Source: Oopsacas minuta
Lineage: Eukaryota > Animalia > Porifera
NCBI GenBank assembly: GCA_024704765.1
Contig: JAKMXF010000099.1
Location: forward strand, 1-64,000
Reading direction: 5' to 3'
DNA length: 64,000 nucleotides
The first letter of the stretch is position 1. The number at the start of each line of letters is the position of its first letter. Positions 15,001 through 27,315 of this stretch are shown one piece after another. The position numbers and the translations under genes were made by a program. Under the pieces are notes generated by a model. The model searched no databases, had not been told where the DNA came from, and saw only the letters and a program-made list of their open reading frames with translations.

Positions 15001-18000
15001 ACTGATACAACATGGTTTACTAGTCAGCTTGCTTGCCTGAACTGGGGAGGAAATCTTGCTACAATCAAGTCAGCAGTAGAAGACAGCTTATTATTCTATA
15101 GCATAACAGATTTAGATAATGCTTTTTCATGTTTAATTGGTCTAAATGATATAGATGTAGATGCTGGTACTGATGCTAGTGCATTTGTATGGGTAGATGG
15201 TAGCAACAGTACTTATAGGAACTTCGTTTCAGAAACTGGAATAATAAGTCCCTCAGGAGTTGCTGATCATGATTGTGTTAGATTCAGATACATGAATCTA
15301 GATGACCTATTATCAGCCGGTTGGATAAATCGAGCTTGTCAACTAACTAGAAATTGTTACTTCTGCAATAAACAAGGTGAGTGATAATGCAAGTAAACCT
15401 CCCAAAGCGATACCTCCTAATAGCGGCACAGAATCATTCTCCCGATGGTTGCCGCTTTGAGAGGTTTACCTGTACATAAAATCTGAGACCCGAATTTGAG
15501 TACTTCAAGATAATACAAAATATAAGGGTGAAGCATTGAACATAGAGGTATTTGCTTCAATTCCATTCTTATATAGTTCAAAATACTAGAAATACGTATT
15601 CTCAGAATGTAGTTTCAAATTTTTGAACAGGTAACTCACAAGGATGTGATCTTATCTATGACGGATCATGTTATCGAATATTTGAAGTTAGTACTGGAAT
15701 CAACTGGCTAGATGCTCAATCCAGCTGTGCTATATGGGGTGGCGACTTGACTAGTATTACTACAGTGAGAGAGAATAATTACTTGTACACTATTATCCCT
15801 GATACAGTGAGTAATTGCTGGATAGGATTGAATGATAGGAGCGTGGAGGGAACATATATCTGGACTGATGGTTCAGCTTATAGCCACACAAACTGGACAG
15901 GAGGTGCAATAACTGTCATTGATGAAGATTGTGTTGACATAATACGAGTTGGAGAGGGTAGTTGGGGAACTGTGGTCTGTAACATGACGAGATATGCTTT
16001 TCTATGTAAAAGACCTTCATCGATAACAACAGGTCAGTAATATTAAATCATTTAGAGAATATTATATTGGTTTCAGTGATATAACATATTCTGTTTTTAG
16101 TTGGGGGATTTGGACAACTTACGAATGGAGGATTGGACTTTGAAACAATTCGTGAAAACACTTTCTTGTTCACTTCACGTACATTAGCTTGTGGAGGAGA
16201 AGAGAGTAATGATATCTTTTGGAATTTTTCAGAAAACTCAGATCTATCAAATGGTGAACTACTCACAGCAACATATAGTAGTACGGATACTGGATTGAGT
16301 TGGTTAGCAGTTGATATTTCCAAACAAGGATATTATCATTGTCAAGCCGATTCATTAACATATACTATTGGTTTGTATAATACATCTTTAACAACAGGTA
16401 AGTATATTATTCTGATATTTTCTTATAATTATTCCACTTACGAATTCATTGAACTCAAATTCCTCCATTTAGTTGCAGCAGGAGCTTCATACCAATATAT
16501 AGTTGGAATTGACAAAGAGGATGCATTACTGTTGTGTGATCCAATGGACCTTGGTAGTTTGATTATGCTGCGATGGACTCTATTAGGTGGCGGAGAGTTC
16601 CTAAATCCAATCAATATGTATAATTCAAGAGCTAGTTTACCAGAGGATTCTACAGAATTCACTTGCAAGAGAGGTGTAACTGTAGTTTCAACAAATACCA
16701 TCAGAGTAATAGGTACATCTTGTATTTCGAATAAATGTCCTTTGATCACAATTATCGATCAATATTGTTTGTAGCTCCTTTGTTAACTATAAGTTACGGT
16801 GTTGTACCAGCTTGGAGCTTTTCATTACTCTATCCAGAGATAAATACGCTTGCAGTTCCTTCAGCAGTAAAAGATGTTATCCTGTCAATCAATATTGATG
16901 GTAGTTGGACTCTTCCAGATGATACGAATTCTACAGGATCTACTTTAACTGTTCCAAATTTTTCATCACAAAACAATGGAGTATACAATTTCTATACTAA
17001 CAACTGGGATAATGTTGAAGTATGTATCATCCAGATTAATCTGATATCTTCAACTACAGTGACTGGTATATTTTTTGTCATATATAATACAATCAGTAAA
17101 TAACTTCTGATTCTGTCAAATCGAACAGTAATCGAATTTGAATATATGAGTTCTTCTTATAGGAATTCCTGATATTGAATTAATATATGATAATTCAGTA
17201 ATTGGGTTCTTCACTAGCACTGATACAACATGGTTTACTAGTCAACTTGATTGCCTGAACTGGGGAGGAAATCTTGCTACAATCAACTCAGCAATAGAAG
17301 ATAGCTTACTGTTCTATAGTAGTACAGATATAGATACATACTTTTCATGTTGGATAGGTCTAAATGATATAGAAAATGATGCTGGTACTGATGCTAATGC
17401 ATTTGTGTGGGTAGATGGCAGCAACAGTACTTATAGGAACTTCGCTACACTTGGCCAATCATTTCCTATAGCAGCACTCAACTCGGACTGTGTAAGAAAC
17501 AGATATAGGGAAAACGGAGGGATTTCATCTAATGGATGGATTTTATCAAACGGATGGTCTAATTCACCTTGTACTCAGATTAGATATTGTTATTTCTGCA
17601 ATAAACCATGTAAGTGTTTTGAAATATATTACACTATTTTTCCATGAAAACATTTCTAAATATCCCTAATTGTTAAAAATATCTAGTGTCTAATTTATCA
17701 GGTTTCTACCGCATGAAATAATTTGAATATATTTGAAACGAGCGCGCTTCGCTTGCTCGCGCTACACGTTTGCAACCCTTGGTGTCAACACTCAGAACTA
17801 GGGCCCTCGAGGACATAAACACATCATCTTATCCGTTTCAAACCTGATACAACCATAGTCTTTATCTGAAACTTACCTAATTGTAAGCTATAAATTATAT
17901 AGATCTATGTAGAGAATGTATACAATGTGAATAATATAAATCTATTAATATTAAACGAAATTACGAATTAGAATCCCAAAATATTTCCTCCCGTTCCAAA

Positions 18001-21000
18001 CTATATATAGGTAACTCACAAGGATGTGATCTGATCTATGAAGGATCATGCTATCGATTATTTGAAGTGAGTACTGGAATCAATTGGTTAGATGCTCAAT
18101 CTAGTTGTGCTGTATGGGGTGGTGACTTGGCTAGTATTACTACAGAAAGAGAGAATAACTATTTATACACTATTATCCCTGATACAGTGAGTAATTGCTG
18201 GATAGGATTGAATGATAGGAGTGTAGAGGGAACTTATACCTGGATTGATGGTTCAATATATAGTCATACAAACTGGACAGGGAGTGAACCATCTATTAGT
18301 AATGAAGATTGTGTTGAAATACTCAGAGCTGGTGAGGGTAGTTGGGAGACTGTAAGCTGTGAAATGATAAGAAATACATTCATCTGTAGAAGACCATCAA
18401 ACAGTACTCTAACAACAGGTCAGCTAATGTAATGTATAAATAGTTATTTGGTTAAAAGGTTTAAATGATCCTCTTTTAGTTGGTATATTCGGAGAACTTA
18501 CGAATGAAGGATTGGACTTTCAAATATTGAATGGTAACACATTCTTACACGAATCTACTACATTAGTTTGTGGTGGATTGAGTGATGAAGTAATCTGGAG
18601 ATTTGCTGAAAACGCAGAATTTACAAACAGCGAAGAATTGATAGCAACTCATAGCAACACAGAATCTGGATTGAGTTGGTTAGCAATTAATATCTCTAAA
18701 CAAGGATATTATCAGTGTCGATTAACTGCTGCATTCTCTCATACAATTGGTTTGTATGATCTCTCTTTAGCAACCGGTAAGAGATTTTATCTTTATCATT
18801 TCCATATTTAGTTGTGCTATGGATAATTATAATGGGTATAGTGATAATTTTGTCGAAAATTCAGTGCCTCTGACATTACCACTATATCCATTATCTACTA
18901 TATCATTATAATCTCCCATCTAGTTGCTATATCAGGTACTACATACAACTATATAGCAGGAGTAGACAGACAGGATGTATTACTATTATGTGATCCTATG
19001 GATGGTGGCAGTTTGTCTCTGTTTGGCTGGTTTATACAAGGTTTAGCTACTCTACTGAATCCTATCAATGTATACAGTTTGATAGATAATTCTTCGACAA
19101 CTAACTTGAGCATGAGCTGCTCCAGAAATGGAGTTAAAATATCCACAAACATTATTTGTATTAAAGGTACTCATGTCACTGTATATTATTCCTTACTCGT
19201 CATTGCCTATTTGTTTCTAGTTCCACAAATGATCGTTCGATATGGTGACATGATTGTTGAACATATTTCAGGAGTATACCCCGCCATTAACTATCTAGAA
19301 ATCCCTATTGGTGTCAAAGATGTTTCTATAACAAGTAGCATTGAGGGGAAATGGATACATCCAGATGGAAACTATTCACTCTCTACTCTAACAATTCCAA
19401 ATATTGTTACATTACAAATTGTTGGTTTGTATAAGTTGTATGTAACTAACTGGGATGGTCAAGAAGTTTGTGCTATACAGATCAATATTGATTCAATTAC
19501 AGGTAGGAAATGATTTGTATATTGTATTAAGTGATTATCTCCAAATACGCATTTATCCATTTTAGTTATATCAAACTTTGATAGTCAATTACAAGTTGAG
19601 TATTCAGTGATTTCTCCTGCCTCAAAGATCTACTATTCAAATATTAATAGTATTATTCCTGGCAGTATGATACGTTGGACAACAGATATAGTCAAAGATG
19701 CTGAAGATATAACCTACAGTATTGAGTATCCCAACCCTGTTCTTTTGAGTACAGTATTCTCTAATGTAGGAACAGGTGTCTATGTGTTCAGTTGTATATT
19801 TGGGATGAGTCCTGTTACATTATTAGGGAGCCTACAACTATCTATCAAAGGTAATTTGCCATAAATAATTATTATATATGTGAAAATTCTATTGTATACT
19901 CAATACCCCTACATTAATCTTCCAGTTACAAAAAATTGAATCTCTGACACATTACAGATTGAAACTGAGTTTATACTCAGGAGATACACTGACCTTTACT
20001 GAGGTCTTAAAGAGTCTACCAAACTACTATTTAATTGCATAGACCAGTGGTTCTCAAACTTGTTTCTCTGGTGACCCCCTAAAAGCTCTCCCTTTAATTC
20101 GCGACCCCCTATTTTCCTTGTGAGATATATTTGATCAAATAAAGACAAACTAATAATACTATATCAATGAGAAGGATGTAGCTGTTTATCCTTAACTAAA
20201 TCCTGAATTTCGGGATCTGTATTTGTAAGTGCGCAACGGAGGTCATCTTCTACTTTCAATTTATTCCTTGTGCTTGTTTTTATTTGTAGAAGAGCTGAAT
20301 ACCCTGATTCGCAAAGTAGGTGGTAGGGAATGGCAAAAGTCTTTTCAGGATAATTTCAGTGAGAAGAGGATATGACTCCTCCATTGAACACCAAAAGGTA
20401 CTCAATTCCTCTCTTTCAAATAGTTCCTTGGCAGATCCATCATTAATCAGGTCTATCAATTCTTCCTGTGCACGATCATTGTCGTCTGGTATTGCTTGAG
20501 GGGAGAAAGTCAATGGATTTCTCGGTAATTTCAAATCTGAGTCCTTCCACTCGGGATAATAATGAGAAAATTCTTCGCCTAAGGCCGTTAGGTGCTCGGA
20601 AATTATTATTTTTGAATTATTATCCAACACAATATAGTTTTAATCAAAATATTCGGATAATCTTTCGAACATACATACATTCCCTGAGTCAATTTTTCTT
20701 CTCCAATTGTGGATTTTCATTTGGAAAGCTTTGAGTTTATCACTCAAATCAAACATGTACTTTTCTTTTCCCTGAAGTGAGAGATTCAGTACATTGATAC
20801 GATCAAATATATCCACAAGATACATTCAAAAAACATTATTATTGGAATCATTGATTTGTGTCAAGAATTCATGTTTTCCGTGTTACCAAGAAATAGTTTA
20901 ATCTCTGGAAGCAACTCCAAGACTCGTTTAAGGACATTACCTTTGGAAAGCCAACGTACTTGGCTGTGGAAAAGTAGAGTCTGATGGCCATACCTTCGCA

Positions 21001-23813
21001 AAGTTCCCTGAAAAGGCGAATGTTAAGAGCACTCGATTTAATAAAATTTACGATCTTAATAACTAGTTTCATCACTGGTAAAAGCTGTGCTGGCATAGTT
21101 TTACAGGCAAGTGCTTGTCTATGAATCATGCAATGTGTGCTTGTGACTTCTGGCGATCTATCCTTAATAAGCTTTTGGAAACCAGAACGTGAACCAAGCA
21201 TTGCTGGCGCGTCGTCGGTACAAACTCCACACAAATCCTTCCACTCAATTTTATTATCTTGGAAAAAGCTATTGCCTTCGTTGTGGTTTCAAGTTCGCGT
21301 CATAGCGAAAACTCTTCCTTAAATTTTTTCTCGTGCACATAACGGACGTAAACCAATAATTGTGAACATGAAGATACATCAGTTGACTCATCAAGTTGCA
21401 ATGAGAACAATTTAAAAGGGCTGGATTTTAACTGTTTTACAACTTGCATCAAAATATTGTTTGACATCTCAGATATACGTCTGTGAACAGTGTCATTAGA
21501 TAAGGGAATTGATGATAAATTCCTAGCATGCTCATCACCAAAAACAAGTCGAACAATATCTTTCGAACAAGGGAGAATAAGGTCCTCTCCAATTCTATGA
21601 GGCTTTTTTGCTCTTGCAATTCGGAACGAAACAACATACGAAGCCTCAATACAAGCAAATGATTGCTGGTGATATGCACCTGTTATGTCCAGTCTTGACC
21701 GCTTTAAAACATCTTCCTTCCTTTTAAAAAAAGAAGGATCCTTTTCTAAATACTCAGGATGACGAGTTTCCAGATGTCGTTTTAATTTACTCGGTTTCAT
21801 AGATTCTCCTGATAGCGTGTCACAACAAATAACACATTGGGGCTTTTCAATTCCTGAATTTCGAACAACATTAAAACCATATTCAATGTAGCTGTCATTG
21901 TACTTCCGTCTTTTGGGTGCTGTGGCCATAATTTTCTAATATTTTTGATTGAATGTTACTAAAATACAAGTATAAAGTTAATATATGTAGCTCATGATAT
22001 GCATATTGATTAAGAAGTTTACTAATTACAACCCAAGTGTAAAGAATAAACTCGAGATGTCACTTTTATAATGAAAAACCTCAAGTTAATTCTTTACACC
22101 TTGGACTCTAAATTTGAGGATCATTAAGGTATACTTTCAGAATATTACTATATCTCGCGACCCCCAGTTTGAGAACCACTGGCATAGACGATGTATAGTC
22201 TTCCGATTAGAATGAAATTGGGTAAACATATTCATTTGGGGCGTAGTTTTGCTTTTGCAGAGATAGAGTATGAAAAATCTCTGAATTGTTTGTGGTGCAG
22301 CTCCTATAAACATCAATTAATGGCAAGTATTATGTGGGACGTGCATACTTCTAAGAAATTCAGCAGTCTGATTGATATGAAAATTGGAATAAATATACGA
22401 TTGTACATGTTGGATCTGTGATTTGCTCCTCAGTTATATGTTGTATTTTCATTGAATTTTTCTGACAATTTTTTAGTGATATATCATACTCTAGGGTGCG
22501 ACCCGTGCGGGCTTTATTGTAAATCACGGGCTGAAAAGAGTCAAAAAGAACAATTTTACAGATGATGAATATACTTTAATTATAGAATTAGGTCATGAAA
22601 TTATTACTATTTTAGTATTTGTAAGTATCACAAGTATTATAAATGTTATTTTCGTTTAATCTAATAATCCTCATAGAGAGGTAGAATCATGTCAGTGTTA
22701 TCTGTAACTAACGAAACAATCAAAGTGTTGCATATATATAAAGTTTCATATATATACTATTTGCGCACACGATTTCCCGCATCTTATAACGCGGAATTTA
22801 TATGAATTCTCAATTCTTTGAGAATACATTCACGAATTCAGCCAACAGTGCCATAAAATAAACAAATTTCCTAAATCACGGGCTGGTGGAATAAATAAGC
22901 GGGCCGCGGGCCGCGGGGTTTGATAGCGGGCCACGGACCACGGGCTTTACGGGCCGCACCCTAGATCATACTTCCTCACCTTTCTAAGTACAATTCTAAT
23001 CGCTCACGGATATTAGGTTTAACATGATGTCAGAACAAATTATGTTTATTGTGTATAGAGTCCGATTTAGACATTTTCAGAGTCTCAAGGTTATCAATTC
23101 ATACAAATGTTAATTATGTTGTAACCTGACCAATGGGACAGTCTCCTATTGCCATGAGGGGAACCTAACCAATGGTACAGTCTCCTATTACCATGAGAGG
23201 GTATTCCAGTTGTAGATGCCAATTTTGATATTTCAAATATACATGATTAATCACATCATTAATCATATTTCCCACTTTATCACAAATAATTTGTATCAAG
23301 TAGAAATTTGACCAGATGTCTGAGCTGCGCTCCAGGTTTCGACTTGATATTTTTATTATTCTAGACATTGCTACAATAACAATCAGCTACGAAGGATATA
23401 ACGATTCAATCAGTGATGTAACTAATCCAATGTTTCCATCTCCAAAAGTGATCAGTATACCTCTGGGAACAAAAGATATAACATTAACCTGCAGTCTACC
23501 TGAATGTGTATGGATTATTCCAAACCAAAAAGATACAATCACTACATCTACATATAGTATCCCCGAATTATCTAGTACAAATAGTGGAATTTTCTCCCTG
23601 ATACGGCTAACTGGTTCTGGTGTAACTTACACAACTGCTCATATATCTATTCGAACATTAACAATTACGACAAATCCTACAACATACATACTAATTACAA
23701 TAATTATCTTTTTGTTCATGGCTATCCTAATTGGTACGTTCATTCCACTATCAATTTTCATCTTCATATGCATAAAGAGAAGAAAAGGCAATAAGGATAT
23801 GGAGGGATCATAG
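1..23813 (+). CDS. Gene A: giant multi-exon type I membrane receptor, (CTL-CTL-Ig-Ig-Ig)x6+ then 2 Ig-like domains, TM and a very short cytoplasmic tail; 5' end lies outside the window
   Basis: Exons read by hand from AG/GT boundaries: <1-292, 3875-4114, 4178-4468 | 4600-5025, 5109-5513, 5578-5877, 6384-6626, 6690-6980 | 7112-7543, 7713-8114, 8184-8480, 8561-8803, 8992-9282 | 9369-9806, 10274-10681, 10752-11048, 11120-11359, 11423-11713 | 12864-13289, 13373-13774, 13844-14140, 14217-14459, 14523-14813 | 14945-15376, 15631-16032, 16101-16397, 16473-16712, 16775-17065 | 17163-17609, 18011-18418, 18480-18776, 18924-19166, 19221-19502 | 19566-19850, 23365-23813. All internal exon lengths are multiples of 3 with phase-1 boundaries. 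CTL motifs: C..WGG.L, WIGL, W.DG, DC, W...C, FC. Ig motifs: C..W..GYYQC. Last exon has TM ILITIIIFLFMAILIGTFIPLSIFIFICI then KRRKGNKDMEGS*. Confidence 0.85.
329..3573 (-). mobile_element. Decayed hAT DNA transposon (ZMYM1/DUF4371-type transposase) in an intron of gene A
   Basis: 8-bp direct repeat ACTAGCGT at 321-328 and 3574-3581. Imperfect TIRs AGGGCGTTAATCC / AGGGCTGTAAATCC; exact ends uncertain by about 1 bp. Minus-strand fragments: TTF-type zinc finger (WLHYS..KKVLCFYC..GFDNWKKA), CFAITVDGKQDVSGREQ, YFHCASHISNL, and hAT dimerisation domain (PVSSCECECSFSALRRLKTWLRATMTQHRLN). Split over several frames. Confidence 0.85.
4600..6980 (+). CDS. Gene A cassette 1 (exons CTL-a, CTL-b, Ig-c, Ig-d, Ig-e)
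   Basis: Exons 4600-5025, 5109-5513, 5578-5877, 6384-6626, 6690-6980; match ORF-track fragments 4842, 5030, 5565, 6446 and 6680. Confidence 0.85.
5907..6337 (-). mobile_element. Non-autonomous Helitron in intron c1-d1 (an older copy of the same insertion at ~322/3575-3828 is split by the hAT)
   Basis: On the minus strand: A|TCTATG...TTGTTTGTTCATTTGTTGTCAAGG 5' end, hairpin GCGAACAC-AAA-GTGTTCGC near the 3' end, CTAG|T terminus, no TSD. Paralogous c-d introns (e.g. 11049-11119, 16398-16472) are ~70-80 bp and lack it. Confidence 0.7.
7112..9282 (+). CDS. Gene A cassette 2
   Basis: Exons 7112-7543 (open CTL missed by the ORF track; translated by hand), 7713-8114, 8184-8480, 8561-8803, 8992-9282. 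Confidence 0.85.
9369..11713 (+). CDS. Gene A cassette 3
   Basis: Exons 9369-9806, 10274-10681, 10752-11048, 11120-11359, 11423-11713. Confidence 0.85.
12322..12807 (-). mobile_element. Helentron/HINE-like non-autonomous element in intron e3-a4
   Basis: Minus strand starts TTTTTAG-TACAGCTCCTATAGG, has a GTCC/GTCT microsatellite-like tract, and ends GGAGTAGCTA plus hairpin GGGGTT-ACTGGC-AACCCC. This intron is 1150 bp versus ~90-130 bp in the other cassettes. Confidence 0.35.
12864..14813 (+). CDS. Gene A cassette 4
   Basis: Exons 12864-13289, 13373-13774, 13844-14140, 14217-14459, 14523-14813. Confidence 0.85.
14945..17065 (+). CDS. Gene A cassette 5
   Basis: Exons 14945-15376, 15631-16032, 16101-16397, 16473-16712, 16775-17065. 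Confidence 0.85.
15390..15472. mobile_element. 83-bp Tc1/pogo-like MITE
   Basis: TIRs CAAGTAAACCTCCCAAAGCG / CAGGTAAACCTCTCAAAGCG; right flank TA. The paralogous intron at ~7550 shows the empty site GATAA-TA-CATAAAA. Confidence 0.7.
17163..19502 (+). CDS. Gene A cassette 6 (membrane-proximal, most divergent c/d/e exons)
   Basis: Exons 17163-17609, 18011-18418, 18480-18776, 18924-19166, 19221-19502. Confidence 0.85.
20045..22181 (-). mobile_element. hAT Buster-family transposon (ZBED5/SCAND3-like transposase, disrupted) in the last intron of gene A
   Basis: 16-bp perfect TIR CAGTGGTTCTCAAACT. TSD GCATAGAC (20037-44 and 22182-89) fits the Buster NNNTANNN preference. Transposase fragments at 21929-20280: BED finger CVICCDTLSGESMKPSKLKRH, FSLQLDESTD, CTDDAPAM, HCMIHRQAL, LLPFPTTY. 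Empty site in the duplicate block at ~53047. Confidence 0.95.
22491..22964. mobile_element. 474-bp non-autonomous hAT-type element
   Basis: Ends CTAGGGTGCGACCCGT / ACGGGCCGCACCCTAG; 8-bp TSD ATCATACT. The duplicate block has a single ATCATACT at ~53523. Confidence 0.85.
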
Positions 23814-24924
23814 AACTTCACGGAAAATGAAGTTCTACATTCTCAGACAAGTGACAAGAATTCTGTTAAAATTTATGAAACACATAAATATAGGATCTAA
23901 AGATTTCATACATATAAAGAACATCATTCCAACAGTATTCTTACAACATGACTAGATGCTTTGAATTTGTGCTCTATCTTTCCCCTGTATGTATATTTCG
24001 TATATAAATATATGTGTAATACTAATAGTTATTCTTGCTCTTAGGTTGTATCCTGAGAAATTACTGTGTGTATTAATGATAATTGTTGCTTTACTATATT
24101 TTGTAATTATTGTGGTATTCAAATTTATAATTTTTGTATATTTCCTGTTTATTTTCTAAGGTTTTTCCATGGAATAAACTTGTAAACGATATGAGTCTGC
24201 ACTTGTGTGTGTATTCATAGATTCATATAATTGTTAGCCAAGAAAATTAGTAAATGCTAAGGACCTGTCATTAACAAATGTTCTATACAAAATTGAAGAT
24301 AGGCTGCCCTCAGTTACAGTTGAGAAACAAGTCAATGTAGAATATACCTCAAAAGATAGCAACCTGCTAAAACTACTAAATCAATGGAATGTTGCTAAGC
24401 TATTCATTTCGTAGTAAAGATATTGGTTTTCCTATTAAGCTTCATGTTAGATTAGTTGTCTATATAGTAGTTGTGACGAAATTCAAATTATGTTATCAAC
24501 AAACTCTCAACTCAAAGCGATCGGGTTGCCATCTGAGTTCGTGGTATCATCATCGATCAACCTAATCACTTAGATACGAGAGTGTGTTTCTCATATTTTC
24601 ACACATTTAATAGGAGATGTAACAGATGTTTCAAAGTGACATACCTACTTGCCAACCTGAGTGAAGAAAAAAGTAGGACAATTAAGGTATTTGTCAAGTC
24701 TTTGGGGGATATTAGCTAAATGTCCTCAATAAATGTCCGAAAGAGCGGGACCATTGGCAAGTATTTAATTAAAGAGTTGCCATCTGAGTAAAGTTGTACT
24801 CAGCGGACAACCTTGTCACTTAGCAAATTCGGAACATATAACCAGCATCGAATACAAAGACTTGATTTATATGTAAATACATACATAGTGATACAATGAG
24901 GGATAATGCAGGTTATCTCTCCTG

Positions 24925-25510
24925 AATTCCTTTCCAGAGACGATTATCAGGTTTCAAGAAATATTTTCACACGTCATGGTTTGGGGAAACAGACTTTTAT
25001 TAATATTATCACTATGATTATCTCTCAAATTTTACAGAAGAATCTATAACACAAATGAGAAAAGAATCAAAGAGAGGAGAGGGAGTTTGACACAAGGTCT
25101 AGATGATAGGATTATTCAGCAGACTAGAAAATTGAATCTACAATATGGGAAATCACAAGTCACATTCTTGGAATTCTTAAATTTTGTGATCTATACTTCA
25201 GAAACAAAGGTATCGAATGTTTGAACGATCATTGGAAACCTATCAGCTATTTTTGTGATCCGTGTGCTATCAAATATGGCATTATTGCCAAATTTGAAAC
25301 TTTGAAAGAGGATTCAGATGTTATCCTAAACTAAATATAGAGAAACAATCCAAATCAAAAGTCACATTTCCCAATGACGATCCATATACCATATTAGACC
25401 GTTGTAATGAAGCATTCAAGTTTGTTTCATTACATGTGAGACGAGCAATTTATGAAATATTCAAACAAGATTATCTACTATTTGATTATGAGTATAGATG
25501 ATGAGAACAA
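24925..25510 (+). pseudogene. 5'-truncated, frameshifted copy of the carbohydrate sulfotransferase gene at 59927-61141
   Basis: Collinear nucleotide similarity to ~60539-61130 (e.g. aacgatcattggaaacctatcagc..tgtgatccgtgtgctatcaaatat; tttgaaactttgaaagaggattc). Has indels and an in-frame TAA; lacks the TM and the 5'-PAPS motif. Confidence 0.85.
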
Positions 25511-26103
25511 TCTATCTAATGAAATTGCAATTTTTGTCTGTCTTTGTTCGTTGTCAAGGAAAGGATTTATGGAATGTTGTATTGAATTCAAATTTATCAA
25601 GTCCGATATGTCTCAACATTTATCGTATATACGAAGAAAATAGACAGAAACCAATAAAATTGACTAAATATATCGAATATGCTTAATCCGATTTACAGAC
25701 TTACAAAAACTATATACATGTATCATATGTATATTTTGTTTGTTTTATGAAATCGGCCAAATTTCAAAAAATGTATATATAGGCTTGCTCTAAACGACTA
25801 CTCAGGGGTAACACAATACGCTGGATCTAATTTCGCATTTTCAAGTTTCTCATATGTAAATTTATTGTTGTTTTATGAATATAAAGGAAACAAATTAGCA
25901 AAAATCACAAAATTTAAGTAGATACTTGCCCTCAACTGCTACAAAGGGGTTGATCTTACTAATTAATTCAATTACATATAGTCCATATACGTATATTTGT
26001 GAATTACATTGTTCTATATATCTCTATATTATATTCTCAAAGGGACCGTCAATTTTGAGAACAATGCATACCTCAAGGCACAATGCGACGAACCAAAGGC
26101 TCG
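25511..26103 (+). mobile_element. Helitron-like non-autonomous repeat (family copies also at 32964-34094 and, 3' part, ~45450-45780; 5' fragment on the minus strand ~46630-46710)
   Basis: Shared 5' A|TCTAT...TTGTCTGT(T/C)TTGT..GTCAAGGAAAGGA, shared internal ~150-bp subrepeats, shared 3' end ...CAATGCG...GAC(G/A)A(G/A)CCAA(A/T)GGCTCG|T. Confidence 0.55.
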
Positions 26104-26397
26104 TTCTATTCTATTATTGAACTATATTTACAAAAACAAAATTGGGGTATTTTTATGACTTTTTATTTGTTAGAAAGAACTGTTTCTTAATCGGAAAGTC
26201 CTTTAGAATTGTGTATATTTCGCTTTTGTTTGTTAAATAATGTATTCTATAATTATCAAATAACATTATGGTATAAGTATGTATGTGTGGGAATTGTGAT
26301 AACACATTACAGAACACATAAAGCACTATAATATATTTATGAGGGAAATTAACTGGATATTCTAGATAAATTATACTAGATATTATATTACAATATA

Positions 26398-27315
26398 CAG
26401 TCAGGGGACAAAAGTATTCGACCACACAAATATATTGTCATAAATTGTATACTCTTTCCCGCTCCTATATATTGTGTAGTCTATATTCGTAGCTGCTATC
26501 TAGTAATTTGTATAGAATAACATATGTTTTTCAAGAATTTCAAAAAATTATTTTAGATTGACACTTTTTGAAGGTGTTAATTATTAATAATTATTAGATT
26601 ATTATTGATAATCAAAATATGTGGTAATTCAAAACCTATTAAGAATCTATAATTTCTGACTTGATATTTGAATTCTACGTAGGCGAGTTACCCCAGATTG
26701 AAATTTCCAATCGGATTGAGCAAATTTACCAGAGTTATTGATGACTTTCAATTTTGTGCCATTTGTGCCACCTTTTTGCCGAAGGTGGCATAAGTGGCCG
26801 CTACCAAGAGGTTATTTTGGAATTCAAGGGTTAGCATAGTCATATCATTCGAAAATATTACTTCGACTTATTTCTCCTAACCCTAGTTGATTTCCTTGTA
26901 GTGGCGCTTTTTCCTGCTACCTGTGCCACTTTTTTCAAAAAGTGGCACAAGTGGGACAAATTGAAATTCTTTTATAACTTTGGTAAAAATTGCTCAATCC
27001 GATTGGAAATTTCAACCTGGGGTAACTCGCCTACGTAGAACTCAAATATCAAGTCAGAAATTATAGATTCTTAATAGGTTTTGAATTACCACATATTTTG
27101 ATTATCAATAATTATCTAATAATTATTAATAATTAACCCCTTCAAAAAGTGTCAATCTAAAATATTTCTTTGAAATTCTTGAAAAACATATGTTATTCTA
27201 TACAAATTACTACATAGCAGCTACGAATATAGACTACACAATATATAGGAGCGGGAAAGAGTATACAATTTATGACAATATATTTGTGTGGTCGAATACT
27301 TTTGTCTCCTGACTG
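26398..27315. mobile_element. 918-bp foldback element (Tc1-like ends, ~370-bp TIRs)
   Basis: TA|CAGTCAGGGGACAAAAGTATTCGACCAC ... GTGGTCGAATACTTTTGTCTCCTGACTG|TA. Arms ~26398-26765 and ~26945-27315 are near-perfect reverse complements around a ~180-bp spacer. No coding capacity. Confidence 0.9.

Noticed and set aside
4600-19502. Dscam-style mutually exclusive exon clusters
   Set aside because: Exons are ordered a-b-c-d-e repeatedly rather than grouped by type, each has ordinary splice sites, and I saw no docking/selector sequences. Skipping is possible but unsupported without cDNA.
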